Origin: a virus
Lineage: Duplodnaviria > Caudoviricetes
Length of the DNA: 52,486 bases
Direction: 5' to 3' (one strand)
Virus record (IMG/VR): IMGVR_UViG_3300002855_000002
Span: 1-52,486 of that record
The notes under the pieces are model-generated. The model worked only from the letters and a program-made list of their open reading frames with translations. It was not told where the DNA came from and made no database searches. How positions within the stretch are numbered: the first letter of the stretch is position 1; the number at the start of each line of letters is the position of its first letter. Positions 18,190 through 27,328 of the stretch are shown in pieces. The translations under genes and the position numbers were made by a program.

Positions 18190-20357
18190 TGCAGATTACC
18201 GTTAATCTAAAGCGGAAGCCGACCGGCAGCGCAGCGGAATCAGCGGAAAAACGGAAGGCGACGGGGAAATCGGAAACAGCGGACGAGGCGTGGCAACGAA
18301 TATTGGCGATGAATAACAGCGACACCGACCGCGAACGGTTATTAGCGGTTAAGTCGGCAATGGCGGAGGGCCTTATAGGCAGAGCGCCCTCCTCGGCCGG
18401 CAAACGTTTCAGTAAGGCGGAAGCGCTCCGGATGTATGGCGAATTGGCCGAGCGGAACAAGGCGGCAACCTTGCGCGCGATGGTCGAGAATACTCCGGGA
18501 CACTATTCGTTAGTACGTAATATGACGGAGTTACAACGTATGGCAGCGTTGATAACTTCCGCTGATATTATCGCAATTGACTGTGAAACGTTCGGTACGG
18601 CAGAAAATCCGGACGCAGCGCTCGATCCGTGGACAGGCGAAATGGCGGGATTCTCGGTATCTACGCGGTCACATTCGTTCTACGTTCCGTTGCAGCACGT
18701 GGAAAGAACCGCTCTAACCGCGGACACCGTGTTTTCCGTACTGAAGCCGGTATTAGAACGTATAGCGTCCGTCATGCACAACGCACCGTTCGACTGCAAG
18801 TGGTTCTACGTAAAATATGGCATCGACTTAATTACGAATTTACACGCAGATACACGGTTAATGGCGATGTCGCTAGACGAAAACCGTAATCACCGTCTTA
18901 AAGATTTAGTAACGGACTGGCTCGGACTGCCTGGCGATAACTTCGATCAACTATTCGGTAAGACACCGTTCAACGAAGTACCGCTCGACGTTGCGCTCGC
19001 ATATGCCGCGGCAGATACGGAGAAAACGTTAAAACTCTACGATTGGATAATGGCACAATACGGTCGTCGCGATGACTTGCAGACAATCGAGCGGCTAGTA
19101 TTCGGTATAGAAATGCCGGTTATGCGGACGTTCATTCGTTCGGATATACGAGGAATACCGTTCGATACCGAAATGGCTGCCGAACTTGACGCGAAGTTTG
19201 CGACCGAGGAAGCGGAGTTGCAGACGCAGATTTACGAAATGTTGGGTGAAGAAATCAACCTTAATTCTCCGTCACAACTTGCGCGGAAACTTTACAGTGA
19301 CTTACGTTTAACGGACTACGACAAAGGTTCGACAGGCGTGCGGTCATTGAAACGTATTAAACGCGAGCATCCGGTAATTGCGCTAATTCTATCGTACAGA
19401 GAAGTCGGAAAGCTGCGCCAGGCGTTCACGTCAAAACTACCGAAATCCGTTAAGTACGACGGTAAAATTCATCCGTGGCATAATTCGTGGGGCGCTGCGA
19501 CCGGAAGGTTTACGTGCCGCGATCCGAATACGCAGCAAATTCCGGCTAAACGTCCGGAAATACGGCACTTGTTCATGGCGAGCGGAACCGACCGTATTCT
19601 CGTATCAATTGACTATTCGCAAATTGAACTTCGTGTACTAGCAGATAGAGCCGGTGAAACGGTGTTAATCGAAGCGTTCGAGCAAGGCCGCGACATCCAC
19701 TCGACGACTGCCGCGCTTATATCGAAAGGACAATTTACGTACGAAGAAATCGAACGTTATAAAGATACGGAAGGTCACGCAGCCGCAAAGTTCCGTAAGC
19801 AGGCGAAGATTGTTAACTTCGGAATCGTATACGGAATGGGTGCTGGCAAACTAGCGGATACGCTCGAAATTACGAAGAAAGCCGCGCAGGAAATTATCGA
19901 TAACTATTTCGCTGGGTATCCGATGATTAAACGCTATATGGACGAGCAGCAGGCGGCTGTAATGAAGAACGGATATGTAACGGGATTGCTCGGCCGTAAA
20001 CGTAGGCTGCACGAACAAGTCCGCGCAAAGGAACGTTGGAAAGTGTTTTCTGCGCAACGGATGGCCGGTAACTTTCCGATACAGGAAGGCGCTGGAACGA
20101 TATTAAAGAAAGCTATCGTTGACCTAGCGGACGTACTACCGTTATACGATTCGTACATTCTTCTACAGGTTCACGATGAGCTAGTTATAGACTGTCCGAG
20201 AACTATATCGGAAGTAGCGCTCGAACACATTCGTCGCACGATGGAACAGGCGGTTTCTTTACGGTGTCCAGTCCGTTGTGACGTCGAGATTAATCCGGAA
20301 CGCTGGCTTAAAAAGGTCGACGTTGACGCGTGGTTTAACGAAGATTACGACGAATAA
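18189..20357 (+). CDS. Phage family A DNA polymerase (3'-5' exonuclease plus polymerase)
   Basis: DCET, HNAPFD, YAAAD exonuclease motifs; DYSQIELR, KIVNFGIVYG and VHDE polymerase motifs. Confidence 0.95.
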   Translation: MQITVNLKRKPTGSAAESAEKRKATGKSETADEAWQRILAMNNSDTDRERLLAVKSAMAEGLIGRAPSSAGKRFSKAEALRMYGELAERNKAATLRAMVENTPGHYSLVRNMTELQRMAALITSADIIAIDCETFGTAENPDAALDPWTGEMAGFSVSTRSHSFYVPLQHVERTALTADTVFSVLKPVLERIASVMHNAPFDCKWFYVKYGIDLITNLHADTRLMAMSLDENRNHRLKDLVTDWLGLPGDNFDQLFGKTPFNEVPLDVALAYAAADTEKTLKLYDWIMAQYGRRDDLQTIERLVFGIEMPVMRTFIRSDIRGIPFDTEMAAELDAKFATEEAELQTQIYEMLGEEINLNSPSQLARKLYSDLRLTDYDKGSTGVRSLKRIKREHPVIALILSYREVGKLRQAFTSKLPKSVKYDGKIHPWHNSWGAATGRFTCRDPNTQQIPAKRPEIRHLFMASGTDRILVSIDYSQIELRVLADRAGETVLIEAFEQGRDIHSTTAALISKGQFTYEEIERYKDTEGHAAAKFRKQAKIVNFGIVYGMGAGKLADTLEITKKAAQEIIDNYFAGYPMIKRYMDEQQAAVMKNGYVTGLLGRKRRLHEQVRAKERWKVFSAQRMAGNFPIQEGAGTILKKAIVDLADVLPLYDSYILLQVHDELVIDCPRTISEVALEHIRRTMEQAVSLRCPVRCDVEINPERWLKKVDVDAWFNEDYDE

Positions 20358-20370
20358 AGGAGCGGATGTT

Positions 20371-20634
20371 ATGAAAATTACGGAAACTCGCGATATTGGG
20401 AACGATTATGACGAGTATTACGGTAAAGGTTCAATTGGGGTTAAGTTAGAGTTTGCGGACGGCACTACGGCAAGCCTCAGTATTATGGCTGGGGAGCCGG
20501 AGGATGCGGTATTCTTCCGTGATCTTGACGGAGCCTACAACATTTCAACGCTGATTAAACTAGCGTACGAAGCCGGCAAACGTGGCGAAGAAATGACGTA
20601 CGAGTTCATAGACGAATCGGAAGATAACGAATAG
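20371..20634 (+). CDS. Hypothetical acidic protein
   Basis: AAAGGAG SD then ATG at 20371. Confidence 0.65.
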   Translation: MKITETRDIGNDYDEYYGKGSIGVKLEFADGTTASLSIMAGEPEDAVFFRDLDGAYNISTLIKLAYEAGKRGEEMTYEFIDESEDNE

Positions 20635-20645
20635 GAGGCGGATTA

Positions 20646-20882
20646 ATGGACGTTCATTTTAGAATAGGTGATCGAGGATACATCGTTCGTCTTTCCGGGA
20701 AAAATATTGCGTTTGTTGAGAATTTTTCTTGTACTATCTACTGGATAGAGGATGATGAATCAATTGTCGTGAAGGACGATGATGGTATCGTATATAAACT
20801 ACGAGAACAGGAGTATTTTATTGCACAACACGATAAACTCACCGGCACACAGATCATTGTTACAAAAAAGGAGGCGGTATAA
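20646..20882 (+). CDS. Hypothetical protein
   Basis: AGGAGG SD then ATG. Confidence 0.65.
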   Translation: MDVHFRIGDRGYIVRLSGKNIAFVENFSCTIYWIEDDESIVVKDDDGIVYKLREQEYFIAQHDKLTGTQIIVTKKEAV

Positions 20883-21941
20883 ATCGGACATTTCCAACGA
20901 ATCAGATACGAAGAACCAACGGAAACACAACGAACATTAGTCGAAGAAATCCGCGACAACTTCCGCAGCTTCCTCGATAATTACCATAGTTTACCGGAAG
21001 TATACGACGATGCGCTCGACGCCTGGCTTCACCGTATTTATGCGGACGTACAATCGGACAAGTCGCGCAAAGTTTGGCCGCCTCGTCATATGCCGTATTT
21101 CTCGCCATCGTCCGCGAACTCCGATCCGCGCGAGTTATACGAAAAAGTCCGGGGCGCCAAACGTGAACGTACAGGGCAACCTCCGCATCAAGGACGATGG
21201 ACGCGAATCGGAACTGCGGTGGGCGATACGATACAGCGCGACATTCTCTTTGCGGAGAAGCATACGAAAAATCCTCGTTTCAGATTCGAACGTAACGAAC
21301 GCGACGAGCCAATGTTCGAGGACTTCGCGAAGGTCAGCCGCGAGATAACCGTCGGCAATACGAAGTTTGCGCTATACGGCACATGCGATGGAATCATGAC
21401 GTACGTGACCGAAGATGGCGAGCAAATCCGCGTTGGACTCGAAGTTAAATCGAAACAAGGAACGTATGCGAAAACGTCCGAATTTAGCCAACGCAATGGT
21501 CCCGAAGAAGATCACGCAAAACAGACGATATGTTATTCGGTTATGTACGATAAGCCGGACGCTCACATCGACTATTACGTCATCCTCTACGTCAACGCGT
21601 CGAAAAAGGCGTGGGAAATGACTCCGGAAGAATACGAAAAGAATCCGGACATTGCCGTACATGTCGTCGAGATTACGAACGATATGCGGGCGGACTTGAT
21701 GCGGCATTTCGCGGGAATCGTAGAGGCTGCCGCTAATGGAACGCCACCACCGCTCGACTTATCGAAGTGGACGTTTAACGGATACAAGGCAGCATGTGCA
21801 GCCGGATTAACGGACGACGAGATGGCGGCACTCGAACGACAAGTCGACGCGGCAAAACGTAGCGGAATGAAGGACTGGCAGAAGCAGGCGTATGTATCGG
21901 CATTGGCGGAGATTAAACAATTACGTGGGGAGGCGGTTTAG
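20883..21941 (+). CDS. Cas4/RecB-like PD-(D/E)XK exonuclease, probable ATC start
   Basis: FSPSS, GTCDG, LEVKSK, HAKQTICY; the frame is open from ATC 20883 (8 nt after AAGGAGG), 69 codons before the first ATG. Confidence 0.8.
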   Translation: MGHFQRIRYEEPTETQRTLVEEIRDNFRSFLDNYHSLPEVYDDALDAWLHRIYADVQSDKSRKVWPPRHMPYFSPSSANSDPRELYEKVRGAKRERTGQPPHQGRWTRIGTAVGDTIQRDILFAEKHTKNPRFRFERNERDEPMFEDFAKVSREITVGNTKFALYGTCDGIMTYVTEDGEQIRVGLEVKSKQGTYAKTSEFSQRNGPEEDHAKQTICYSVMYDKPDAHIDYYVILYVNASKKAWEMTPEEYEKNPDIAVHVVEITNDMRADLMRHFAGIVEAAANGTPPPLDLSKWTFNGYKAACAAGLTDDEMAALERQVDAAKRSGMKDWQKQAYVSALAEIKQLRGEAV

Positions 21942-22103
21942 ATGTCGGAACCTAACGAAGATATCGAAATCGACGAAGAGTATCCGGAAGATGACGACGA
22001 CTGCGAACACGATTGGCGCGACTACTATGCTTGCGAAAATGGATGCTGTTCGTGTTGCGGTTGTAGTTGCGGATGGGAGGACGACGACGATTACGAAGTT
22101 TGA
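21942..22103 (+). CDS. Acidic Cys-rich 53-aa peptide (not in the ORF track)
   Basis: GGAGG SD then ATG; MSEPNEDIEIDEEYPEDDDDCEHDWRDYYACENGCCSCCGCSCGWEDDDDYEV. Confidence 0.65.
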   Translation: MSEPNEDIEIDEEYPEDDDDCEHDWRDYYACENGCCSCCGCSCGWEDDDDYEV

Positions 22104-22175
22104 CCGGTTACTTAACGGTATCCTAACGAAATTACTACGTACACGTTACGTATCTTGTTGAGGAGGCGGTGAACG

Positions 22176-22400
22176 TTGATTAGAAAAGTATGGTCCGGTA
22201 TTTTATACGGGTTGGTTTTGTTCGTATGTAGCTTCATATTACTTTTAGTCTTTATCTTATCGTACTTGTTCGTCACAACTGGCGGAGTACTGATGTTAAC
22301 GGTTTTTGTAATGTTGTTCATTGGCGTAGGTGTGGGCGTTTATACCGAAACTAAAGGCGGTGATGATCGTAACGACAACGAAAACACTACGCAAGACTAA
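22176..22400 (+). CDS. Small two-TM membrane protein
   Basis: GGAGG SD then TTG; hydrophobic. Confidence 0.6.
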   Translation: MIRKVWSGILYGLVLFVCSFILLLVFILSYLFVTTGGVLMLTVFVMLFIGVGVGVYTETKGGDDRNDNENTTQD

Positions 22401-22914
22401 CGCAAAGCCGCCAGCCGACCGCTATCTCATCTACGATATATCGTTAACCTCGCCCGGCTTCGCGGCAATTGACGTCAACAACCGTAAGCCGACGCTCGTT
22501 GCGGTTAGCCACGTTAAGACCGACGCGAGCCAGCCGGATGGGCAGCGGTTCGCTATCGTCGAGGCGTTCGCTATTACTACCGCAAGTAAACACGGAAATA
22601 GCAACGCTATTGTAGTGCGCGAGGACTATAAGAACGCGGCAAGCAAGCGGCAGGGGCAAACGATATATGGCGCATGGGCAGCGGTCGATTCCGGACTCCA
22701 ACGGTGCGGGCTTCGTGTAAATGCCGAAATCAACGCAAGCACCGTTAAGAAAACGATAGGCGGGCACGGCAAGGCGGACAAAGCGGAAGTGGCGGCAGGC
22801 GTGCGGAGAATACTCGGACTGTCCGATGACTTCATATTTGCGACGGATGACGAAAGCGATGCGGTAGCCATTGGCTTAACGTACCTTATCGAAAAGGGGT
22901 TGATCGACGTATGA
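22363..22914 (+). CDS. RuvC-like Holliday junction resolvase (start uncertain)
   Basis: YDISLTSPG, VRED, VKKTIGGHGKADK, DDESDAVAIG. Confidence 0.8.
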   Translation: MIVTTTKTLRKTNAKPPADRYLIYDISLTSPGFAAIDVNNRKPTLVAVSHVKTDASQPDGQRFAIVEAFAITTASKHGNSNAIVVREDYKNAASKRQGQTIYGAWAAVDSGLQRCGLRVNAEINASTVKKTIGGHGKADKAEVAAGVRRILGLSDDFIFATDDESDAVAIGLTYLIEKGLIDV

Positions 22915-23228
22915 GGATTCCGGAAAGCGTAAAGGTAGGCGGAAAAGTCTATACGGTCAAGTGTGTATCGCATCCGGTAGTCGTAGGCGGCCGCGAGTGT
23001 TACGGAAGCATCAACTATAACGAGCAGATTATATGGATTTGCACCGATGGTAACTCCGAACAGCAACAGTTCAATACGTTCCTACACGAAGTAATCCACG
23101 CCATTTCGTACGAGCGCATGATCGATTGGGGCGATAAGGACGAAGAATACACGGAATCGCTGGCGAAGGCACTGCACGCTCTATTCGTTGACAATGTGAT
23201 AACGTTCGGCAAGGAGGCGACCGTATGA
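22911..23228 (+). CDS. Small HExxH metallopeptidase-like protein
   Basis: FLHEVIHA motif and a downstream E. Confidence 0.65.
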   Translation: MRIPESVKVGGKVYTVKCVSHPVVVGGRECYGSINYNEQIIWICTDGNSEQQQFNTFLHEVIHAISYERMIDWGDKDEEYTESLAKALHALFVDNVITFGKEATV

Positions 23229-23407
23229 AGCCGGTATTCACGCGGCAGGAGCGGTACAAATTCGCCCTCCTCCGAGAACGTGACGAATTGACGTATCAAA
23301 TCGGATTATATAGCGGATGGATCGCGCAAAAGCAGCGACGTATCGCCCATATTGACGAGCAGATATCGGAAATGGAACGGAAGGCAGGCGACGAGGCGGA
23401 ATGTTAA
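23225..23407 (+). CDS. Small coiled-coil protein
   Basis: SD; overlapping start and stop codons. Confidence 0.55.
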   Translation: MKPVFTRQERYKFALLRERDELTYQIGLYSGWIAQKQRRIAHIDEQISEMERKAGDEAEC

Positions 23408-23766
23408 TCGCATACTATTCGCTAACCGGCAACGTCCGTCGATTCGTACACCGGCTCGGTCGGCCATCTTCGTTATATACGATAAAAGCCTTCGGCATCT
23501 TAACGGAGCCTTACGTTCTAATCACGCCTACGACCGGATACGGACAAGTGCCGGACACCGTGGCGGAGTTTGTTCGGAACAATGCCGACTTACTCCGCGG
23601 TGTCGTGGCGAGCGGCAACCGGAATTGGGGTGTTAACTTCGCGGCTGCTGGCGGAAAGATAGCGGATGCGTATGCCGTACCGCTGATCCATACGTTCGAA
23701 TTATCGGGTACGGACGAAGATGTACGGATTGTACGTGAATATATCGAAGGAGTGACGCTTAATTGA
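23401..23766 (+). CDS. nrdI: Class Ib RNR flavodoxin NrdI
   Basis: YSLTGNVRRF, TPTTGYG, SGNRNWG, FELSGT. Confidence 0.93.
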   Translation: MLIAYYSLTGNVRRFVHRLGRPSSLYTIKAFGILTEPYVLITPTTGYGQVPDTVAEFVRNNADLLRGVVASGNRNWGVNFAAAGGKIADAYAVPLIHTFELSGTDEDVRIVREYIEGVTLN

Positions 23767-25850
23767 CGAAACACATCGAACTAAACAACGAAATAATGAC
23801 GCGCGGTGCCGACGGGTTTTACCAACTCGAAAAGGATCGCGAAGCCGTGGCTGAATTTATGCGAGAAGTCGTCGCAAACAGCCGCAAGTTTCCGTCCATC
23901 ATCGACCGTTACCGCTGGCTTATTGATAACGGATATTACGACGATATGTTGACGTTATATGGCGCGGAGACGGTCGAGCGAATCGTCAACGTATGTAATT
24001 CGTACGGCTTCCGCTTCGCTTCGTATATGGCTGCGTCGAAATTTTACAAGGACTACGCGCTGAAAACGGACGACAAAACGGAGTACCTCGAATCGTATGC
24101 GGAACATGTCGCACAAGTGGCGTTATATCTCGGACAAGGTGACGGGACGGCTGCGGAAACATTCGCCCGCTCAATGATGGAGCAACGGTTACAGCCGGCA
24201 ACGCCTACGTTTATGAACGCGGGTCGTGCGAAACGTGGCGAAATGGTATCGTGTTTCTTACTCGAGATGGACGATTCGCTTAATTCGATAAACTACGTGC
24301 TTGGTACGTGTATGCAGTTATCGAAAATAGGCGGAGGTGTGGCGGTTAACTTATCGAAACTACGCGGCCGTGGCGCTCCGATTAAAGGCGTAGAAGGTGC
24401 GGCAAAAGGCGTTATGCCCGTTATGAAGCTGATGGAGGACGCGTTCTCGTATGCCGATCAAATGGGACAACGCAAAGGTTCCGGAGCCGCGTACTACAAC
24501 ATTTTCGGCTGGGACGTAATCGAATTTCTCGATAGCAAAAAGATCAACGCAGACGAAAAGGCCCGCATTAAAACGTTGTCTATCGGACTAATCGTACCGG
24601 ACAAGTTTTACGAATTGGCTCGCGCTAATCAATCGCTTTACGTATTCGAACCATTCTCCGTATACAAAGCGTACGGCAAGCATCTTGACGATATGGATAT
24701 GGCGATTATGTACGACGTTTTGCTCGGAAATCCAGCGGTTAATAAGCGACGTATTATGTCCGCACGCGAAATGTTAACGAAGATTGCGACGACGCAACTC
24801 GAATCGGGCTATCCGTACATTTGTAACGTAGACGTGGCGAATAAGGCGCACGCAAACGGGGCGCTCGGCAATATTAAGATGTCTAATCTTTGTACGGAAA
24901 TTTTTCAGCTACAGGAAACTTCGACGATTACGGATTATGGCGAACCGGACGTGATCCGTCGCGACATTTCGTGCAACCTCGCCAGCCTTAACATTGTCAA
25001 CGTAATGGAATCCAGCAAGCTGCGCGAATCCGTACACGTCGGAATGGACGCACTAACGGTCGTATCCGATAGGTCAGCGGTTGCCAATGCGCCAGGCGTA
25101 CGTAAGGCAAACGAGGAACTACACTCCGTCGGACTTGGCGTAATGAACCTTAACGGATTCCTTGCGAAAAATAAGATCGCATACGAATCGGACGAGGCGC
25201 GCGACTTCTGCCGGACGTTCTTCGCGGCAATGAATTATTATTCGTTGGAACGTTCGATGCAAATCGCCCGCGACCGTGGCGTTACGTATAAAGGCTTCGA
25301 AAAGTCTGACTATGCGAACGGAATGTATTTCAAGCGCTATACTTCGGAGTTTTTCCGACCACAAACGGATAGGGTTCGCCAGTTGTTCGAAGGTATCGAA
25401 TTGCCTACGCCTGTCGAGTGGTTCGCGCTAATGAATGACGTCGCTAAATACGGACTATACCACGCGTACCGCCTAGCGATTGCGCCTACGCAGAGCATAT
25501 CGTATATCCAAAACGCCACGTCGTCCGTAATGCCAGTCGTCGAGCATATCGAAACGCGTACGTACGCTAACTCTACGACGTATTATCCGATGCCGTATCT
25601 ATCTCCGGACAATTTCTTCTTTTACAAGTCCGCGTATAATATCGATCAATTTAAGCTTATCGATTTAATTGCGGAGATACAGAGCCATATCGACCAGGGA
25701 ATAAGCACGGTATTACACGTCAATTCCGATGTATCGACCGCGACGCTCGGTAAGCTGTACGTATATGCGCAGCACCGCGGGCTAAAGAGCCTCTATTATA
25801 CACGTACGAAGCGTTTATCGGTCGAAGAGTGTACGAGCTGTGCCGTATAA
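23763..25850 (+). CDS. nrdE: Class Ib ribonucleotide reductase alpha subunit
   Basis: QPATPTF, VSCFLL, SNLCTEI, SCNLAS, APTQSISY, SLYY, C-terminal CxxC. Confidence 0.96.
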   Translation: MTKHIELNNEIMTRGADGFYQLEKDREAVAEFMREVVANSRKFPSIIDRYRWLIDNGYYDDMLTLYGAETVERIVNVCNSYGFRFASYMAASKFYKDYALKTDDKTEYLESYAEHVAQVALYLGQGDGTAAETFARSMMEQRLQPATPTFMNAGRAKRGEMVSCFLLEMDDSLNSINYVLGTCMQLSKIGGGVAVNLSKLRGRGAPIKGVEGAAKGVMPVMKLMEDAFSYADQMGQRKGSGAAYYNIFGWDVIEFLDSKKINADEKARIKTLSIGLIVPDKFYELARANQSLYVFEPFSVYKAYGKHLDDMDMAIMYDVLLGNPAVNKRRIMSAREMLTKIATTQLESGYPYICNVDVANKAHANGALGNIKMSNLCTEIFQLQETSTITDYGEPDVIRRDISCNLASLNIVNVMESSKLRESVHVGMDALTVVSDRSAVANAPGVRKANEELHSVGLGVMNLNGFLAKNKIAYESDEARDFCRTFFAAMNYYSLERSMQIARDRGVTYKGFEKSDYANGMYFKRYTSEFFRPQTDRVRQLFEGIELPTPVEWFALMNDVAKYGLYHAYRLAIAPTQSISYIQNATSSVMPVVEHIETRTYANSTTYYPMPYLSPDNFFFYKSAYNIDQFKLIDLIAEIQSHIDQGISTVLHVNSDVSTATLGKLYVYAQHRGLKSLYYTRTKRLSVEECTSCAV

Positions 25851-25890
25851 CGAGGTAGATTCATTTTGTTCAGTAAAGGATGATGTGTGA

Positions 25891-26031
25891 ATGGAAGGGA
25901 ACAAATTTGTAAATTGTCTCCTATGTGAAGGTGCAGGGGTTCTATACGAGCATGACGGAGAAGAATTTGACTGCCCTGCATGTGAAGGTGAGGGTGGAGA
26001 TTTTGAGAATTACCACCAGTCGGAAAGTTGA
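25891..26031 (+). CDS. Cassette gene: stand-alone CxxCxGxG zinc-finger peptide (46 aa)
   Basis: AAAGGA SD then ATG; 124/141 nt identical to 8479-8619. Confidence 0.7.
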   Translation: MEGNKFVNCLLCEGAGVLYEHDGEEFDCPACEGEGGDFENYHQSES

Positions 26032-26061
26032 TTCAAACTGTGAAGGAAGGAGATTAGCTCA

Positions 26062-26247
26062 TTGAGGAATTTTCGATGTAAAGAATGTGACGAAACGAAC
26101 ACCTTATACGATTGGAACACTAATGAGCGAGTGTTCGGGAATCTTACCTTACATGAAGTGAAGGACGACATTGAGTTTGTAGAATTAAGAAAAATGATCT
26201 TATTTACGTGTCCAACTTGTAAAAAACATCAGTGGCTGATGAAATAG
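26062..26247 (+). CDS. Cassette gene: zinc-ribbon protein
   Basis: AAGGAG SD then TTG; CKEC...CPTC. Confidence 0.65.
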   Translation: MRNFRCKECDETNTLYDWNTNERVFGNLTLHEVKDDIEFVELRKMILFTCPTCKKHQWLMK

Positions 26248-26302
26248 ATGAAGTCATTTGATGCACAGTACAACGAAACTACCACGCAAAGGAGCGGATG
26301 AC

Positions 26303-27261
26303 TTGATAAAGGCCGTTAACTGGAATCGACCGGACGACGATTTCACGCAGACGTTTTGGCAGCAGAATATTATGCAGTTTTGGACGGACGAAGAAATCCC
26401 GTTATCCGACGATAAGATGGATTGGGAGCAATTATCCGAAGCCGAACGGACCGCGTATAAACACGTACTAGGCGGATTGACGCTACTCGATACGATCCAA
26501 GGTGGCGTCGGAATGCCGAAGATTCTCGAACACGTCGACGGGCTGCAACGGAAAGCGGTACTCGGATTTATGGCGATGATGGAGCAGATTCACGCCAAGT
26601 CGTACAGCTCGATATTTACGACGCTCGCCACGACCGAAGAAATCGACGAAATATTCCGCGCTGGGTCGAGACGAATCCGCAGCTCCAACGCAAAGCATCG
26701 TTAATCGTCGATTGGTACTCCGGAATTGAAACGGACGAGGACTTGTATCGCGCGATGGCAGCGTCCGTATTCCTCGAAAGTTACCTGTTTTATAGCGGAT
26801 TCTTCTATCCGTTATATCTCGCAGGACACGGAAAAATGACGGCAAGTGGCGAGATTATCGACTTAATCCTACGCGACGAGAGTATCCACGGATTATACGT
26901 CGGAGTGCTGGCGCAGGAACTATTCGCGACGTTTCCCGAAGCAAAACAGGCGGAGTTGCAGGCGGAAATACTCCGTTTCTTGACGGAGCTTTACGAAAAT
27001 GAGTGCGAATATACCGACAACGTTTACGGACAGATCGGACTCGCGGATGAGGTGAAGGCGTACGTACGATATAACGCAAATAAGGCGCTGATGAACCTCG
27101 GACTGCCGCAACATTTTCCGGACGAGCCGATTAATCCGATTGTGCAGAACGGGATTAATACGCATACGAAGCAGCACGATTTCTTTTCGAAGAAGGGTAA
27201 CGGATATGTACGTCCGCAGACCGTCGAGCATATGTCGGATGACGATTTTAATTTCGATTAA
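26303..27261 (+). pseudogene. nrdF: Class Ib RNR beta subunit, frameshifted at about 26660
   Basis: AVNWN, QFWTDEE, EQIHAKSY in one frame; WVETNPQLQRK...ESYLFYSGF, RDESIHG, HDFFS in another; extra GC in TTC CGC GC TGG. Confidence 0.85.
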
Positions 27262-27297
27262 GTGTGCCGAATCGGAATCACGTACGACTATATAAGT
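27260..27297 (+). promoter_or_regulatory. Phage-specific bipartite motif, copy 3 (upstream of thyX)
   Basis: AAGTGTGCCGA-N14-CGACTATATAAGT. Confidence 0.75.
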
Positions 27298-27328
27298 ATA
27301 AGTACGAAAATATGAAGGAGGTCGTAAA

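Larger units (their letters stand above)
25855..26276 (+). mobile_element. Cassette locus B: two one-gene cassettes between nrdE and nrdF
   Basis: GTAGATTCA|TTTTGTTCA (25855), GATTCA|AACTGTGAA (26030), TGCACA|GTACAACGA (26262); AT-rich interior. Confidence 0.65.

Noticed and set aside
18189-25850. Introns or inteins in the DNA polymerase and nrdE
   Set aside because: Both ORFs are continuous and of normal length
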